Shown piece after piece: positions 10,325 through 20,574 of a DNA stretch of 41,116 nt (its first letter is position 1; each line of letters starts with the position of its first letter). The notes beneath the pieces were generated by a model. It was not told the origin of the DNA, made no database searches, and saw only the letters and a list, made by a program, of their open reading frames with translations. The translations under genes and the position numbers were made by a program. The stretch is from a virus (Duplodnaviria; Caudoviricetes), in the IMG/VR virus record IMGVR_UViG_3300030330_001389, positions 1 to 41,116 of that record, one strand, 5' to 3'.

Positions 10325-12012
10325 TATGTATTAACACCTCCTCCAGTTAAATAATTTTGTGCGTTCATAAATCTATTTTGAAATTTAGCTGCTGCAGTTC
10401 TTAATCCATTATTAGTATTAACTGCACCAATCCTTCCTGCTAATTGTGTTTCTATTATTTTATTAAATTCTAACTCTGCGTTGTAAGTTTCTAATTTAGG
10501 TTGATTATATTTTTCTCTTAAATATTCTTCTGTAGCAGATATGTACTGTAAACCAGTAGATGTTGTTCTTACTCTTTCTTCTTCTACTGCAGTTTTATAT
10601 TCTTCATATTCTGCTAATGCTTTTACATATAAACCTTTGTCCTCAAAATCTTCTATCTTTGGTGGTTCTGTAACAGTTGCTAGTTTTTCTTCTGAAGGTA
10701 AAACGCTTTGAAACAAATCAAATTGTTTTTCTATTTCTAATTCTCTTGTAGCTTCTTTTTGTCTTGTTTCTAATAAATATTTACCAAATCTTACTGCATC
10801 TGATGATGTCATATTTAGTCCTAATTTATTAAAATAAGAAGATAGTTCTGCTTCCATTTCTGCTTCACTAGGGTTAACTAAATTATAAGACCTTTTTTTC
10901 CAATATGGAGTACCTGCACCTGATAAAGTATCTATCTCATCTATTGCAATTTTTTTATCTATTAAACTTTTGACAACACCTTTTTTGTTAGAACCAAATC
11001 CTAAATTATTCCAATGTGAAAAATCTGAATTAAAATCTGTTACTAAATTGTCGTACATATCTGGATTTAAAGCGTTTGCTAAAACGCTGTTATTAGCTTC
11101 TGCCATTAATAACGCTAGGAAAGCTATCTCAATATTATTACTACTTAACCTTCCTTCATTTTCTATTAGTGGTGCGTATTGTTCTCTATCAGTAAGAATC
11201 ATAAAATCATGTAATTCTTTTATCTGTGGTGCAGACAATTCTAGTGCTAATTTATCTGCATCTCCTAACTTAAATACTGCGTTAACAATGTTTCCTGCTT
11301 TATCTGTTACAGGGTCGCTTTCTAAATCATAAGCATTTATAAAAACACCATCTTGACCAATAACATATCCCTCTGACAATCCATAATATTCAGTTGTAAT
11401 TTGTCCTGTTGCATCTGTTAATGGAAGAAAATCTTGTGCAGCTAATCCTGATATTTCTGAATCTACAATAATTGCATTTACAGCAGATTCTTTTTGGTCA
11501 GGATTTTCAAATACTCCATACAACATAGATAATTCTGATGTATTGTAATTTAAAATTTCTTGATTAAATTGTTCAGATGCCTTAGCATCTTCTGTTGCCG
11601 AATTTACTTTTAATAAAGCATTGTAAATTATTGTGTGTAAATCAGGTATTTGTAAAGCAGGTTGATTTTGATATTTGTAAATTGCTGCACCAGGAATATC
11701 ACTAAAAACACCCTCTCTTATTATTGTTGCTAAAGCATTTTCTTCTTTGCTAAAATCAATTCCATAATCAGCACCAGTTTGTAATAAATCATCTAGTGTT
11801 AATGGTTGTAATGGCGGTCCTTTATATCCTGTAAATGCTGTACCTTCAGGATTAAATTCCGCAATAATTACTACACTAACAATATCTTTAATAATATCTG
11901 ATACTGTTTTTCCTTCTAATTCTGTAGGATTTGCTTGATACCAATCTAATAAATCTCCCCAGTATATTCTTCTATCTTCTTTATTTTCTGATACAACATA
12001 TATACCACTCAT
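10324..12012 (-). CDS. Putative internal virion protein
   Basis: 562 aa helical protein within the ejection-protein cluster. Confidence 0.55.
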   Translation of the reverse strand: MSGIYVVSENKEDRRIYWGDLLDWYQANPTELEGKTVSDIIKDIVSVVIIAEFNPEGTAFTGYKGPPLQPLTLDDLLQTGADYGIDFSKEENALATIIREGVFSDIPGAAIYKYQNQPALQIPDLHTIIYNALLKVNSATEDAKASEQFNQEILNYNTSELSMLYGVFENPDQKESAVNAIIVDSEISGLAAQDFLPLTDATGQITTEYYGLSEGYVIGQDGVFINAYDLESDPVTDKAGNIVNAVFKLGDADKLALELSAPQIKELHDFMILTDREQYAPLIENEGRLSSNNIEIAFLALLMAEANNSVLANALNPDMYDNLVTDFNSDFSHWNNLGFGSNKKGVVKSLIDKKIAIDEIDTLSGAGTPYWKKRSYNLVNPSEAEMEAELSSYFNKLGLNMTSSDAVRFGKYLLETRQKEATRELEIEKQFDLFQSVLPSEEKLATVTEPPKIEDFEDKGLYVKALAEYEEYKTAVEEERVRTTSTGLQYISATEEYLREKYNQPKLETYNAELEFNKIIETQLAGRIGAVNTNNGLRTAAAKFQNRFMNAQNYLTGGGVNT

Positions 12013-12015
12013 GTG

Positions 12016-15000
12016 CTAATCTCCATATCTCTTGTTATCTGTTTCTCTATAAAATACACCATAATACATATTACTCCAATGGTAGTCTGGAGATGGATAT
12101 TTTCTAATTAATTGCATAGCATAAGAATGTAATTCATTTCTAATGTCAGTACCCCAACTTCTTTCACTCTTTATATATGCACCATCAACAGTTTCATTTG
12201 GTGGAACAGTTATACCTTTGTAAGTTCCACCATTTCTTTGTAATCTAATAAATCTATCTCTTTCTTTTAAATACATTTGTAGTGGTACATTTGTAGGACT
12301 TTGACTAAAAAATTCATCTTTATCCCATTGATATGCCTCTACTATTTTTTGTTCCCATTCAGCAGGATTAACAGTTTCACCTAATGAACCAAATGCTTGT
12401 ACACCATACTCCAATTCTTTTTCAGTTCTAAATTTAGATAAAACACCATCTGGGTCTGTAATATTAGGATTTGCTTTTATTCTTGCTTTTTCTTGTCTTA
12501 ATTCAAGTTGTAACAGTGTTTGTTTTAATAAATTTCCATATTGACTTGGTTTTAACCTTTCATTAGCATCTAAATAAGCATCATAAGAAAACTCATCATC
12601 CCAACTATCTGGAAAATGATAAATACCTGTTAATGGAAATTTATTTAACAATGGTTCATTTTCTTCTGAAGACCAAAATTTATACGCATCTTTTGTTACA
12701 GGTCTATTACCAACTCTTGCTGTCTTTCTAGCATTTAGCGGTACAGGGTTTATACCATACTTGTCAATAAATTGATTAGTTGTTGTGTAATAATCGTAAT
12801 CATTTTCTACTAACATTTCTGAATACTTTTGTGTTAATGCTTGTATCTGCCACCATCTACCATCTTTATCTTCTAACTCGTATCTTGGTTGTACACCAGT
12901 AGGTAATGAAAACTTAGCACCACCTCTAAATATCCAATGATTTGATGCAGCTTGTTCTGCTTGTTCCCATGCTTTATCTTGTGATGTAGGGTCATCAGGT
13001 GTCCATTCACCTGCATAATATAACATTGTGTATATATCCATTACTGTTCCAAAATAAGCATTTGCGTATTCTTCATTATCTAAAATATCTCTAGCAATAT
13101 CAGAACCTTTTATAATATCTCTAGCCCAACCTACTTGGTCTAATATTGAAAATCTTTCTCTTCTATCTCCAAAAGAACCTAATATAAATTCTTCTAATGT
13201 TTCTGGTGGGTTAACTCCATAACGATATGTAAATGTTCTATAAGGAACAGTTACCGACCAACCAAAGCCAGGAGAATAACCATTAGCAGCTACTAAGTTA
13301 AGTCCTGATACATAACCTTGTGGATTAACTCTTACACCTTCTTCTTGATAGTTATTACCTAAAAATGCAGTCTGTAATGGTGCAGATGCTTTACCTAATG
13401 CACTAGGTAAATTTTTATCTGCTTGTTCTTGCATTTTTCTATTTAAAAATTTAGGTATTCCTAATGTCATAACATTAAATACATCAACCCAATTAAACAT
13501 TAATTCACCTGATACTGGGTCCTCTTCAAAAAATCCATTTTGACTATCCCATGGTTTGCCTTCTTCTCCTGCTTGAATAGCTAAGTTTGCTCTATAAAAT
13601 TTTTGTGGGTTGTCTTTAATTAAATTAGACCATGTTTTAGGAACTTCTGCCCATATTTCTGGAAATGGAACATAAGTTTTAAATACATCTGATGCCACAT
13701 GTCTATCTGAACTTGCATACAACAAATCACTTACAAACTCTAACGATTTTGATTTTAATCTAAGGTCCATATCATCTAAAGTCATAATTGATTCTTTAGG
13801 GTCAATAGGTGTTGTTTCTATAGCGTTTTGTATTTGTTTATTTAAGTCAGAACCTTTTAACCATTTATTAGCAAATATTGCTAACTCTTGTCTTGCATCT
13901 TTTGTTAAAAATGGTATTTCATCTTTTGATAAATGAAAATACGCCCACTTAAATAATGGTTCTCTATTTAAAGTGTCTGATGGTCTTGTAAGCAACATAC
14001 TGTAAGCATCTCTTAAAAATATATCTAATGCTTCTCCAAGATTTTGTGCATTAACTCCATCTGTCATATATTCTTTGTTCATATTTCCTGCAAGTTCTGC
14101 AGCACCTAATTTTAAATCTACAATATCTTTTTGAAATGCTTTTTTAAAAGAAGGCATAAAACTATTAATAAAACTTTTTTTAGCAGTATTTATGTTTACT
14201 TTTCTTGCAAACTCTACAAAATCTTCGCCATCTATAAATCCACCATTAGCAATAAAATCTAATACTTGTCTAGAGCCTTGTGTTAAATCTACTTCGTATG
14301 TGTGAAATAAAAATTCGCCTTCATCACTTTTTTTAAGTATGTCGTTATATCTACTCATTATTTCATTACCTGCATCATCAAATATTTTTATTGTAGGATT
14401 TCCTTGTAGTTGACCTATTCTATATGCTGCAGCTTTAACATACTTTTCTACACCGCCTTCTTTAAGTAATTCTTTACGCATATCATAATCTTCAGATTTT
14501 CTAATAAGCTGCTCTATGTATTCTTTTCCTGTTTTTGTATTTTGCAACCAACTAACTGTTTCATCTACACCATCTCTTGCAACACGAATATGTAATTCAT
14601 CAGTTGCTAAATTTAATATTCTTGTAGTAAAAAACCTCCACCATTCAGGTCTTATATTTCCACTTGCATCATATTTAGTAACTGTGTCGTAAAAATCATC
14701 TCTAATTTGATTTCTAGTTCTACCAGGTCTAAGTCTTTGTATTATAGATTGGTCTGCTGATGCTTTCATAAATTCATCAGTATGTTTAAAAAATGTTCCA
14801 TTAACTCTTGCAGAAGCAAATGTTCCAGGAGAAGAATCTACAATTTGTTGTAACACACTAAAATTTTCTTGATATAAATATTCCATTACATTTTTGTTTA
14901 CTACTGTGTTTATATTTACTTCTGATGTTAAATAATCTTTTATACTTCTTGTTTTACCTGCAACTTCTTCAGTAAGATATATAAGATAACCTTCATCTAT

Positions 15001-18000
15001 TTCATCTAATAATGGTTTTAAATCATTTGGTAAAGCGTTACCTAAACTATCAATAACATCTCTAGGAATAAATACTGATTGCTGATGTCCTTTTATTCCT
15101 AGTATTATTGTATTTTGTATTTGCCTTATAGTGTCACGAAGTGCTAAATCGCCTTTTTTTGTAATTTTAGGAACTGCAACGCTAACATCAAAATTCCATA
15201 CTTTGTTAGTAGCATCCCAATAATATCCTAAAACATGTCGTTCTTTTTCTAACAATGCTTTAACTTTAGGGTCAGATATATAATCTTCTAATATTATTTT
15301 TAAAGCATTTTCTCTATTTGTGTTATTTATTAATGCTTGTTGATTTACATAATCATCTGTAATTGTTTTTTGTAATGGCTTGTAAGGTGAAACATAACCT
15401 ATTGTGTCATCTGCATATTTAAGTGGGTCTTTTTGATTTAATGCAAAAGAACCACCTGTTGTATCTGTAGTGTTTATCATAGCTGATAGTTCATCAGCAA
15501 CTTGACTTACTGTTTTTTTATTTATTACGCCATCATCTAAAAGTGTTTTAAGTTCTCCTACAATATCTTCAAACTCCCAATATCTTGCATCATCACCTTG
15601 CAAAACAGCTTTTAGGTACCGACCACCTACTTGACCTTCTATATTGACACCTAAATTTAAAGTTTTTAATATTTGTTGTATTTCATCATAATTAATTTTT
15701 TTTAAACCATTAATTAATTCATCATTACCTAAAAGCTCTACAACATCTGCAACTTCATCTTTCATTATTCGTGTGTTAAAAATAACATTTTTTGTAGAGT
15801 CAACAAGAGAAACAGTTGGATTGTCTGCTCTACCTAACATTTTCATCATAAAAGGATTTAACAAATGATATTCATATGGATGGTTTACAACTGTAGGAAC
15901 ACCTTTAAAAAACATTCTTGCATGTTCTTCTCCAGGAACACGAATTGCTAATGCTGCTCTAAGCATCCAAGCAGGTTTTAACACTCTTTGTTGTACAATG
16001 TCATTGTAAATAAAACGCAATCTGCCTTCTGGTGCAATTTGTTCTATTCCTCTTGTTCTCCAAGATTTTTCAAGTCCTCTTCTTGGTATTTTGGCATACT
16101 GCAATATTTCTTGTGCTGTTTCCCACGACATAGGTTGAGAAAATACTTCTCTCATACGACTACCTTTAGGTCCAACTACCCTACGAAAAGTAGATGTTGC
16201 TCTAAGTAAATCTTCGTAATCTGGCAATACTGCATAATGTTCTGCCATTTCTCTTAAAGAAAATGCTGTAGGTACTGCTTCATTTAATTGAGTAATAATA
16301 TTTCCATCTGCATCAACAATAGAAGATGTATTAATTTTTGTTCCAGGAAACTGCATTGGTATTCCTTTTTCACCATAAAAATACATTCTTTCTCTACTTT
16401 CATCTTGAAATACTTTTGCTATGTAATCAAATAGTTCATCTTCATCTGTTAAATCAGGATTAGATTTTTGTATAGAATCTTCCATAGTTCTAAATACTTT
16501 ATTTACTACAGCATTAACTTCATTTTGATTTGTAGCTTTTAATAATTGAAATATTATTTCATCTCTTTGAGCAAAATCAGCACCTGATATTTTCATTAAT
16601 CTATCTAAATTATCTGCTGTTTCTGTCATTAAATTTACAGATGCAATTCTTGATGGTGCTAAACCAAATGCTCTTCTAAGTTTTATCGGTAGTACACCTG
16701 ATAACTGTCCTGTTAAACCAACAACACCACCAAAAGGATTATTAGTTCTTTTACCTAGTAACGCACCAACAGTTCTACGAAGTGGTGCAATATCTGTAGA
16801 TTTAACACCAGGTAATGTTTCAATAAGTTTGTTAGCAAGTGTCGGTAATGCTTTTGGTTGTACTGGTAATTTATTAAGAGGTCTTGTATTAATTAATTCA
16901 TTTAAAACTTTTGAATTAAAATATGCACCTGAATATGGTGCTAACAATATTCCTTCTAAATCTCCACCACGCATAAGACTTTTTACAACCTCACGCATAA
17001 CATCTTCATCTTTAACACCTACTAATAATTTTTTAATGTAAGGGTCTATATTTCTAAGTTGCGGTATATCGTTTAATCTAGCAATAGAATCGTTTTTGGT
17101 AAGACCAGTAATAAAATCTGCACCCCATTTTGAATTTAATATTTCATCTGCGGTTTTACCAAAAACCATTCTTCTAGCTTCTTTACCAGATTTTCCAAAT
17201 GGTAAAGCAGTTCTAATAGCTCTTCCACCTTTTGAAGTTCTATTTACATATGCTGTTCTTTCTGCTGTAGATACAATAGACCTTGCACCTGATTTAACAC
17301 CTGCACCATAGGCAAATAGCCAGTTAGTAGGGTCAGCACCCAATCTAAATACACCATCTACTAAAGCTGATGTTAACGAATAAGCAACAGAACCTTTTGG
17401 TGCATAAGTACCTGCAAGTATTCTACCTGGAGATATATTTACATCTCCTGCAACTTTTGTTTCATATTTAAACTGATTTTCATCTTTTGAAAATTCTTCT
17501 GTTATAGGATTTCCATAAACTGCTGCTGCTTCTCTTTTAGCAATTCTTGGTGATTTTCCTTGTTGTAGTGCTTGTTTATAAATTTCTGTGCTTTCTAATT
17601 CTAAAGAATCTGGTAAAAATCCAGTGCCTAAGTTTCTTATACCATATTTTTCTTTTGATTCTTTTGCCCTAGCAAATTCTGTTAAGCCATATTGTTCTCT
17701 AGCTCTTTTATACTCATCAGCAAATTTATCTCCCAAAGATACTCTTCTATTTATATCTGCTGCTTCTTTAGTAAAAGCCAAACCTGAAAATCCACTTTGT
17801 AAAACACCTTTAACTATATTTGTATCTGTAGCTTGTGATGCAACTGCTGCTGATTTAAAACTTCTTGATATTGCTTGAAAAGGTGCTTCTAAAGCTAACA
17901 TGGCACTTTGTGTAAATCTTTTAAATGGACTTACATCAGTAATTATTTTTTCTCTGTCTTGTTTTTCTTGTGAACTAAATTGTTTTGCAGCAACATCTAA

Positions 18001-18222
18001 TAACAATTCATCATCTGCATCTATACCCATTTGTGGTAAATATGCAATTAGTCGTTTATCTAATGTAGGATATGTACGACTTATATCTGCTGCTCTTTCT
18101 GCTACTTCAGGATTTGTACTTATTTGTTTTGTAAATAACGCTTCTTCTTTTTGATTAGCAGAAGATTGTTTAGAGTAATATTCTTCCAATCCTGGTGGAA
18201 TAAAGAAATATGGTTTTACCAT
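12016..18222 (-). CDS. Giant (2068 aa) internal virion/ejection protein
   Basis: Size; N-terminal SALVDGVFRLGADP segment typical of podoviral core proteins; internal SAM-lyase-like domain at about aa 920-1055. Confidence 0.65.
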   Translation of the reverse strand: MVKPYFFIPPGLEEYYSKQSSANQKEEALFTKQISTNPEVAERAADISRTYPTLDKRLIAYLPQMGIDADDELLLDVAAKQFSSQEKQDREKIITDVSPFKRFTQSAMLALEAPFQAISRSFKSAAVASQATDTNIVKGVLQSGFSGLAFTKEAADINRRVSLGDKFADEYKRAREQYGLTEFARAKESKEKYGIRNLGTGFLPDSLELESTEIYKQALQQGKSPRIAKREAAAVYGNPITEEFSKDENQFKYETKVAGDVNISPGRILAGTYAPKGSVAYSLTSALVDGVFRLGADPTNWLFAYGAGVKSGARSIVSTAERTAYVNRTSKGGRAIRTALPFGKSGKEARRMVFGKTADEILNSKWGADFITGLTKNDSIARLNDIPQLRNIDPYIKKLLVGVKDEDVMREVVKSLMRGGDLEGILLAPYSGAYFNSKVLNELINTRPLNKLPVQPKALPTLANKLIETLPGVKSTDIAPLRRTVGALLGKRTNNPFGGVVGLTGQLSGVLPIKLRRAFGLAPSRIASVNLMTETADNLDRLMKISGADFAQRDEIIFQLLKATNQNEVNAVVNKVFRTMEDSIQKSNPDLTDEDELFDYIAKVFQDESRERMYFYGEKGIPMQFPGTKINTSSIVDADGNIITQLNEAVPTAFSLREMAEHYAVLPDYEDLLRATSTFRRVVGPKGSRMREVFSQPMSWETAQEILQYAKIPRRGLEKSWRTRGIEQIAPEGRLRFIYNDIVQQRVLKPAWMLRAALAIRVPGEEHARMFFKGVPTVVNHPYEYHLLNPFMMKMLGRADNPTVSLVDSTKNVIFNTRIMKDEVADVVELLGNDELINGLKKINYDEIQQILKTLNLGVNIEGQVGGRYLKAVLQGDDARYWEFEDIVGELKTLLDDGVINKKTVSQVADELSAMINTTDTTGGSFALNQKDPLKYADDTIGYVSPYKPLQKTITDDYVNQQALINNTNRENALKIILEDYISDPKVKALLEKERHVLGYYWDATNKVWNFDVSVAVPKITKKGDLALRDTIRQIQNTIILGIKGHQQSVFIPRDVIDSLGNALPNDLKPLLDEIDEGYLIYLTEEVAGKTRSIKDYLTSEVNINTVVNKNVMEYLYQENFSVLQQIVDSSPGTFASARVNGTFFKHTDEFMKASADQSIIQRLRPGRTRNQIRDDFYDTVTKYDASGNIRPEWWRFFTTRILNLATDELHIRVARDGVDETVSWLQNTKTGKEYIEQLIRKSEDYDMRKELLKEGGVEKYVKAAAYRIGQLQGNPTIKIFDDAGNEIMSRYNDILKKSDEGEFLFHTYEVDLTQGSRQVLDFIANGGFIDGEDFVEFARKVNINTAKKSFINSFMPSFKKAFQKDIVDLKLGAAELAGNMNKEYMTDGVNAQNLGEALDIFLRDAYSMLLTRPSDTLNREPLFKWAYFHLSKDEIPFLTKDARQELAIFANKWLKGSDLNKQIQNAIETTPIDPKESIMTLDDMDLRLKSKSLEFVSDLLYASSDRHVASDVFKTYVPFPEIWAEVPKTWSNLIKDNPQKFYRANLAIQAGEEGKPWDSQNGFFEEDPVSGELMFNWVDVFNVMTLGIPKFLNRKMQEQADKNLPSALGKASAPLQTAFLGNNYQEEGVRVNPQGYVSGLNLVAANGYSPGFGWSVTVPYRTFTYRYGVNPPETLEEFILGSFGDRRERFSILDQVGWARDIIKGSDIARDILDNEEYANAYFGTVMDIYTMLYYAGEWTPDDPTSQDKAWEQAEQAASNHWIFRGGAKFSLPTGVQPRYELEDKDGRWWQIQALTQKYSEMLVENDYDYYTTTNQFIDKYGINPVPLNARKTARVGNRPVTKDAYKFWSSEENEPLLNKFPLTGIYHFPDSWDDEFSYDAYLDANERLKPSQYGNLLKQTLLQLELRQEKARIKANPNITDPDGVLSKFRTEKELEYGVQAFGSLGETVNPAEWEQKIVEAYQWDKDEFFSQSPTNVPLQMYLKERDRFIRLQRNGGTYKGITVPPNETVDGAYIKSERSWGTDIRNELHSYAMQLIRKYPSPDYHWSNMYYGVFYRETDNKRYGD

Positions 18223-18603
18223 TTACGAATCCAGTAATTGGTCAAATATAGGGTCTGGAAATATGTTCCTTGCTGCCATTAAAAAATTATCTACTGTATT
18301 TGTAACAAAAGGTTCTGGTCCATTATTACCTGGACCAAAAGGAATACCTGATGTAATAGGTTCGCTTGGTCTATTTGTAGGTGCTGATAATGAAATAGGT
18401 TGTGGTGTAATACCTCTATTTATTGGACTTGGAGGTCCAGTATTTATAGGTGGTGTTCCACCAACTGCAGCTATTTGATTTTCTATTGCTGTAGTTTGTC
18501 CTGTTGGGTCGCCTTCTTTTCTAGGTGGTGCAACAATATCTTGGTACGCACCTCCACCTGTCATGTCAGTTGCTTGTTTAAATTCTTTGCTTTTTCTTAC
18601 CAT
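18223..18603 (-). CDS. Pro/Gly-rich small virion protein
   Basis: PTNRPSEPITSGIPFGPG motif, downstream of portal. Confidence 0.55.
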   Translation of the reverse strand: MVRKSKEFKQATDMTGGGAYQDIVAPPRKEGDPTGQTTAIENQIAAVGGTPPINTGPPSPINRGITPQPISLSAPTNRPSEPITSGIPFGPGNNGPEPFVTNTVDNFLMAARNIFPDPIFDQLLDS

Positions 18604-18794
18604 AATTTATCTCCTAAATCTGGATTGTATTCATATTCAAATATTAAATTTATAAAAAAATGTGGATGCGGAGTTGGCAAAGTAAGAAATTGTTTCATTA
18701 CTGTACTTGAATTATTTTCCTCTCCAACATATACATCTTCTGACCAATCTTCTTGATTAATTATGTCAAAAAAAGTTTTATTTATATCAGGCAA
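18597..18794 (-). CDS. Small hypothetical protein
   Basis: 65 aa overlapping the portal stop and the next start. Confidence 0.5.
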   Translation of the reverse strand: MPDINKTFFDIINQEDWSEDVYVGEENNSSTVMKQFLTLPTPHPHFFINLIFEYEYNPDLGDKLW

Positions 18795-20574
18795 CTGGTT
18801 CTCCTTGTGGTTGCGGAGGACCTGCTTGTCCTAATGCACCTAATACTTGTGCTATACCTGCAGGTTGACCACCTGGTCCTGCAGCAATTTCTGGACCGCC
18901 TTGTCCAAGTAATGCTTGTTCTTCTGGTGAAGGTTCTTCACCTTCTGCTGTATAAAACTTGTCTAATATTTCTGACATTTTTTGTGGATTTTTTCTAATT
19001 TCTATAGCTGCCAATGTAGCTTTAGGATTTCCTTGTGCAGCTTGTGCCATTAATGATTCAAACAATACTGTTTCTGCTTTCTCTGCAGATATACGCTGTT
19101 GTATTTTTGTAATGTTATCTAAACCATCCATGTTTTCTTGTAAAGTTTGTGTGTCAATAATTCCTTGTTGTTTTAATTGCAAACCTGTAATAATTTTTTG
19201 TGGCTCATCAAATCCTGCCATTACACCATACACTCTTCTTGTTTCATAAACTTCTTTTATATCATTGTTAGGTGTATAGCTTTCTTTGTAAGCTGTGCCT
19301 TTGTGCCTTCCTGCAATAGGTTTTCTTTTGTTGCCAAACATAACTTCATCATATTCAAGTCGTTTAGCATCTAATTCTTGTAATGCTTCTTTTAATACTG
19401 TTTGATATTCTCTTACATGTAGTGATGCAGATTGTCCTAGTTCTTCTAGTCCTCTACCAGTAACAAAAGCATTTGGAGATTGTCCATCATCTGATACAGG
19501 ATATGCTGCACCAAGTCTTAAATGTCTTTCAAGCCTATCTACTTGTTGAAATAATTGATAAGGTAAATTGTTTACTGGTTTTGATACTTGTGAACCAGGT
19601 GTTAAATAGTTAACTGCAAATCTGCCTTTTCTATATTTTCCTGATTCTATTTCACCAACAATATTTGTTTCTGTAAACACTGCATCTTCCATAGCAATAG
19701 TTCCAAGAATATTTATTTTTGCCATATTAGCCATAAGACCTGTAATATGTTGAAATTGTGATTGCATTTGGTCAAACGCATATCTTTTTGCTACAACAAA
19801 ACAAGGACCTGATTGTAATACATTTGGCATAAAATCTATAATTTTTTTGTTTTCTGGTAAAAACACATATGTGCCTTCTTTATCTCTATATTCAACAACT
19901 ACTTTGCCATGCCCTGTTGAATTAGCCCAACTACCTGCTCTATCTGTAGAATCTATTAAAACAGAATATGGATTTTGAAATCCATCATTTTCTTCTGATT
20001 GATATATAAAACCTTTAGCTTCAGGATATTGTTCTGCTAATACATTGTGTGGAACTCTTCTAATTATTGCTAGTTCGTGAGGTTGTTGGTCATTACCAAA
20101 TGTTCCTGGATAACAAGTAAAGGGGTCTTGCAATTCTGCATATGGATATGGGTTACCATCTTTATCTTTTCTGTGTCCTATAGTCCAAGCTACAAAACCA
20201 TAACCTGGCAACCATCTTGCTGCTTGTGGTAATTGCATGTGTAATTTTTGAAATTTGTCGTATGCTAAAACAATTCTTTCTAATTTTTCAGATTTTTTTC
20301 TAGCTCTTTCGCTATCTTTTTCATTTATAATATCAACTTTTAAATCAGGGTTTCTACCAAGTTTTTGTGCAAATCTTTCTAATGCAGTTAAAAATAAATT
20401 AGGTGCAGGTAACTCGTGATATTCAACATTAATACTATTACCTAGTAATGCTTTTACAGCAGCTTCACCGCCATTCATAATGTCACGAATCCTAGACCTA
20501 TCAACCATTTGTTCTTGATTAACTACTCTAAGGTAATCTATTTTGTCATAAAGTGTTTCGCTATTAAGTGGCAT
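18787..20574 (-). CDS. Portal protein
   Basis: 595 aa directly after terminase; helical, TGRG motif, disordered P/G/Q tail as in P22/T7-type portals. Confidence 0.8.
   Translation of the reverse strand: MPLNSETLYDKIDYLRVVNQEQMVDRSRIRDIMNGGEAAVKALLGNSINVEYHELPAPNLFLTALERFAQKLGRNPDLKVDIINEKDSERARKKSEKLERIVLAYDKFQKLHMQLPQAARWLPGYGFVAWTIGHRKDKDGNPYPYAELQDPFTCYPGTFGNDQQPHELAIIRRVPHNVLAEQYPEAKGFIYQSEENDGFQNPYSVLIDSTDRAGSWANSTGHGKVVVEYRDKEGTYVFLPENKKIIDFMPNVLQSGPCFVVAKRYAFDQMQSQFQHITGLMANMAKINILGTIAMEDAVFTETNIVGEIESGKYRKGRFAVNYLTPGSQVSKPVNNLPYQLFQQVDRLERHLRLGAAYPVSDDGQSPNAFVTGRGLEELGQSASLHVREYQTVLKEALQELDAKRLEYDEVMFGNKRKPIAGRHKGTAYKESYTPNNDIKEVYETRRVYGVMAGFDEPQKIITGLQLKQQGIIDTQTLQENMDGLDNITKIQQRISAEKAETVLFESLMAQAAQGNPKATLAAIEIRKNPQKMSEILDKFYTAEGEEPSPEEQALLGQGGPEIAAGPGGQPAGIAQVLGALGQAGPPQPQGEPVA

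Noticed and set aside
3763-18222. Virion RNA polymerase among the giant proteins
   Set aside because: No DxDGD in an RNAP context and no T7/N4-type motifs seen; early promoters are host-type
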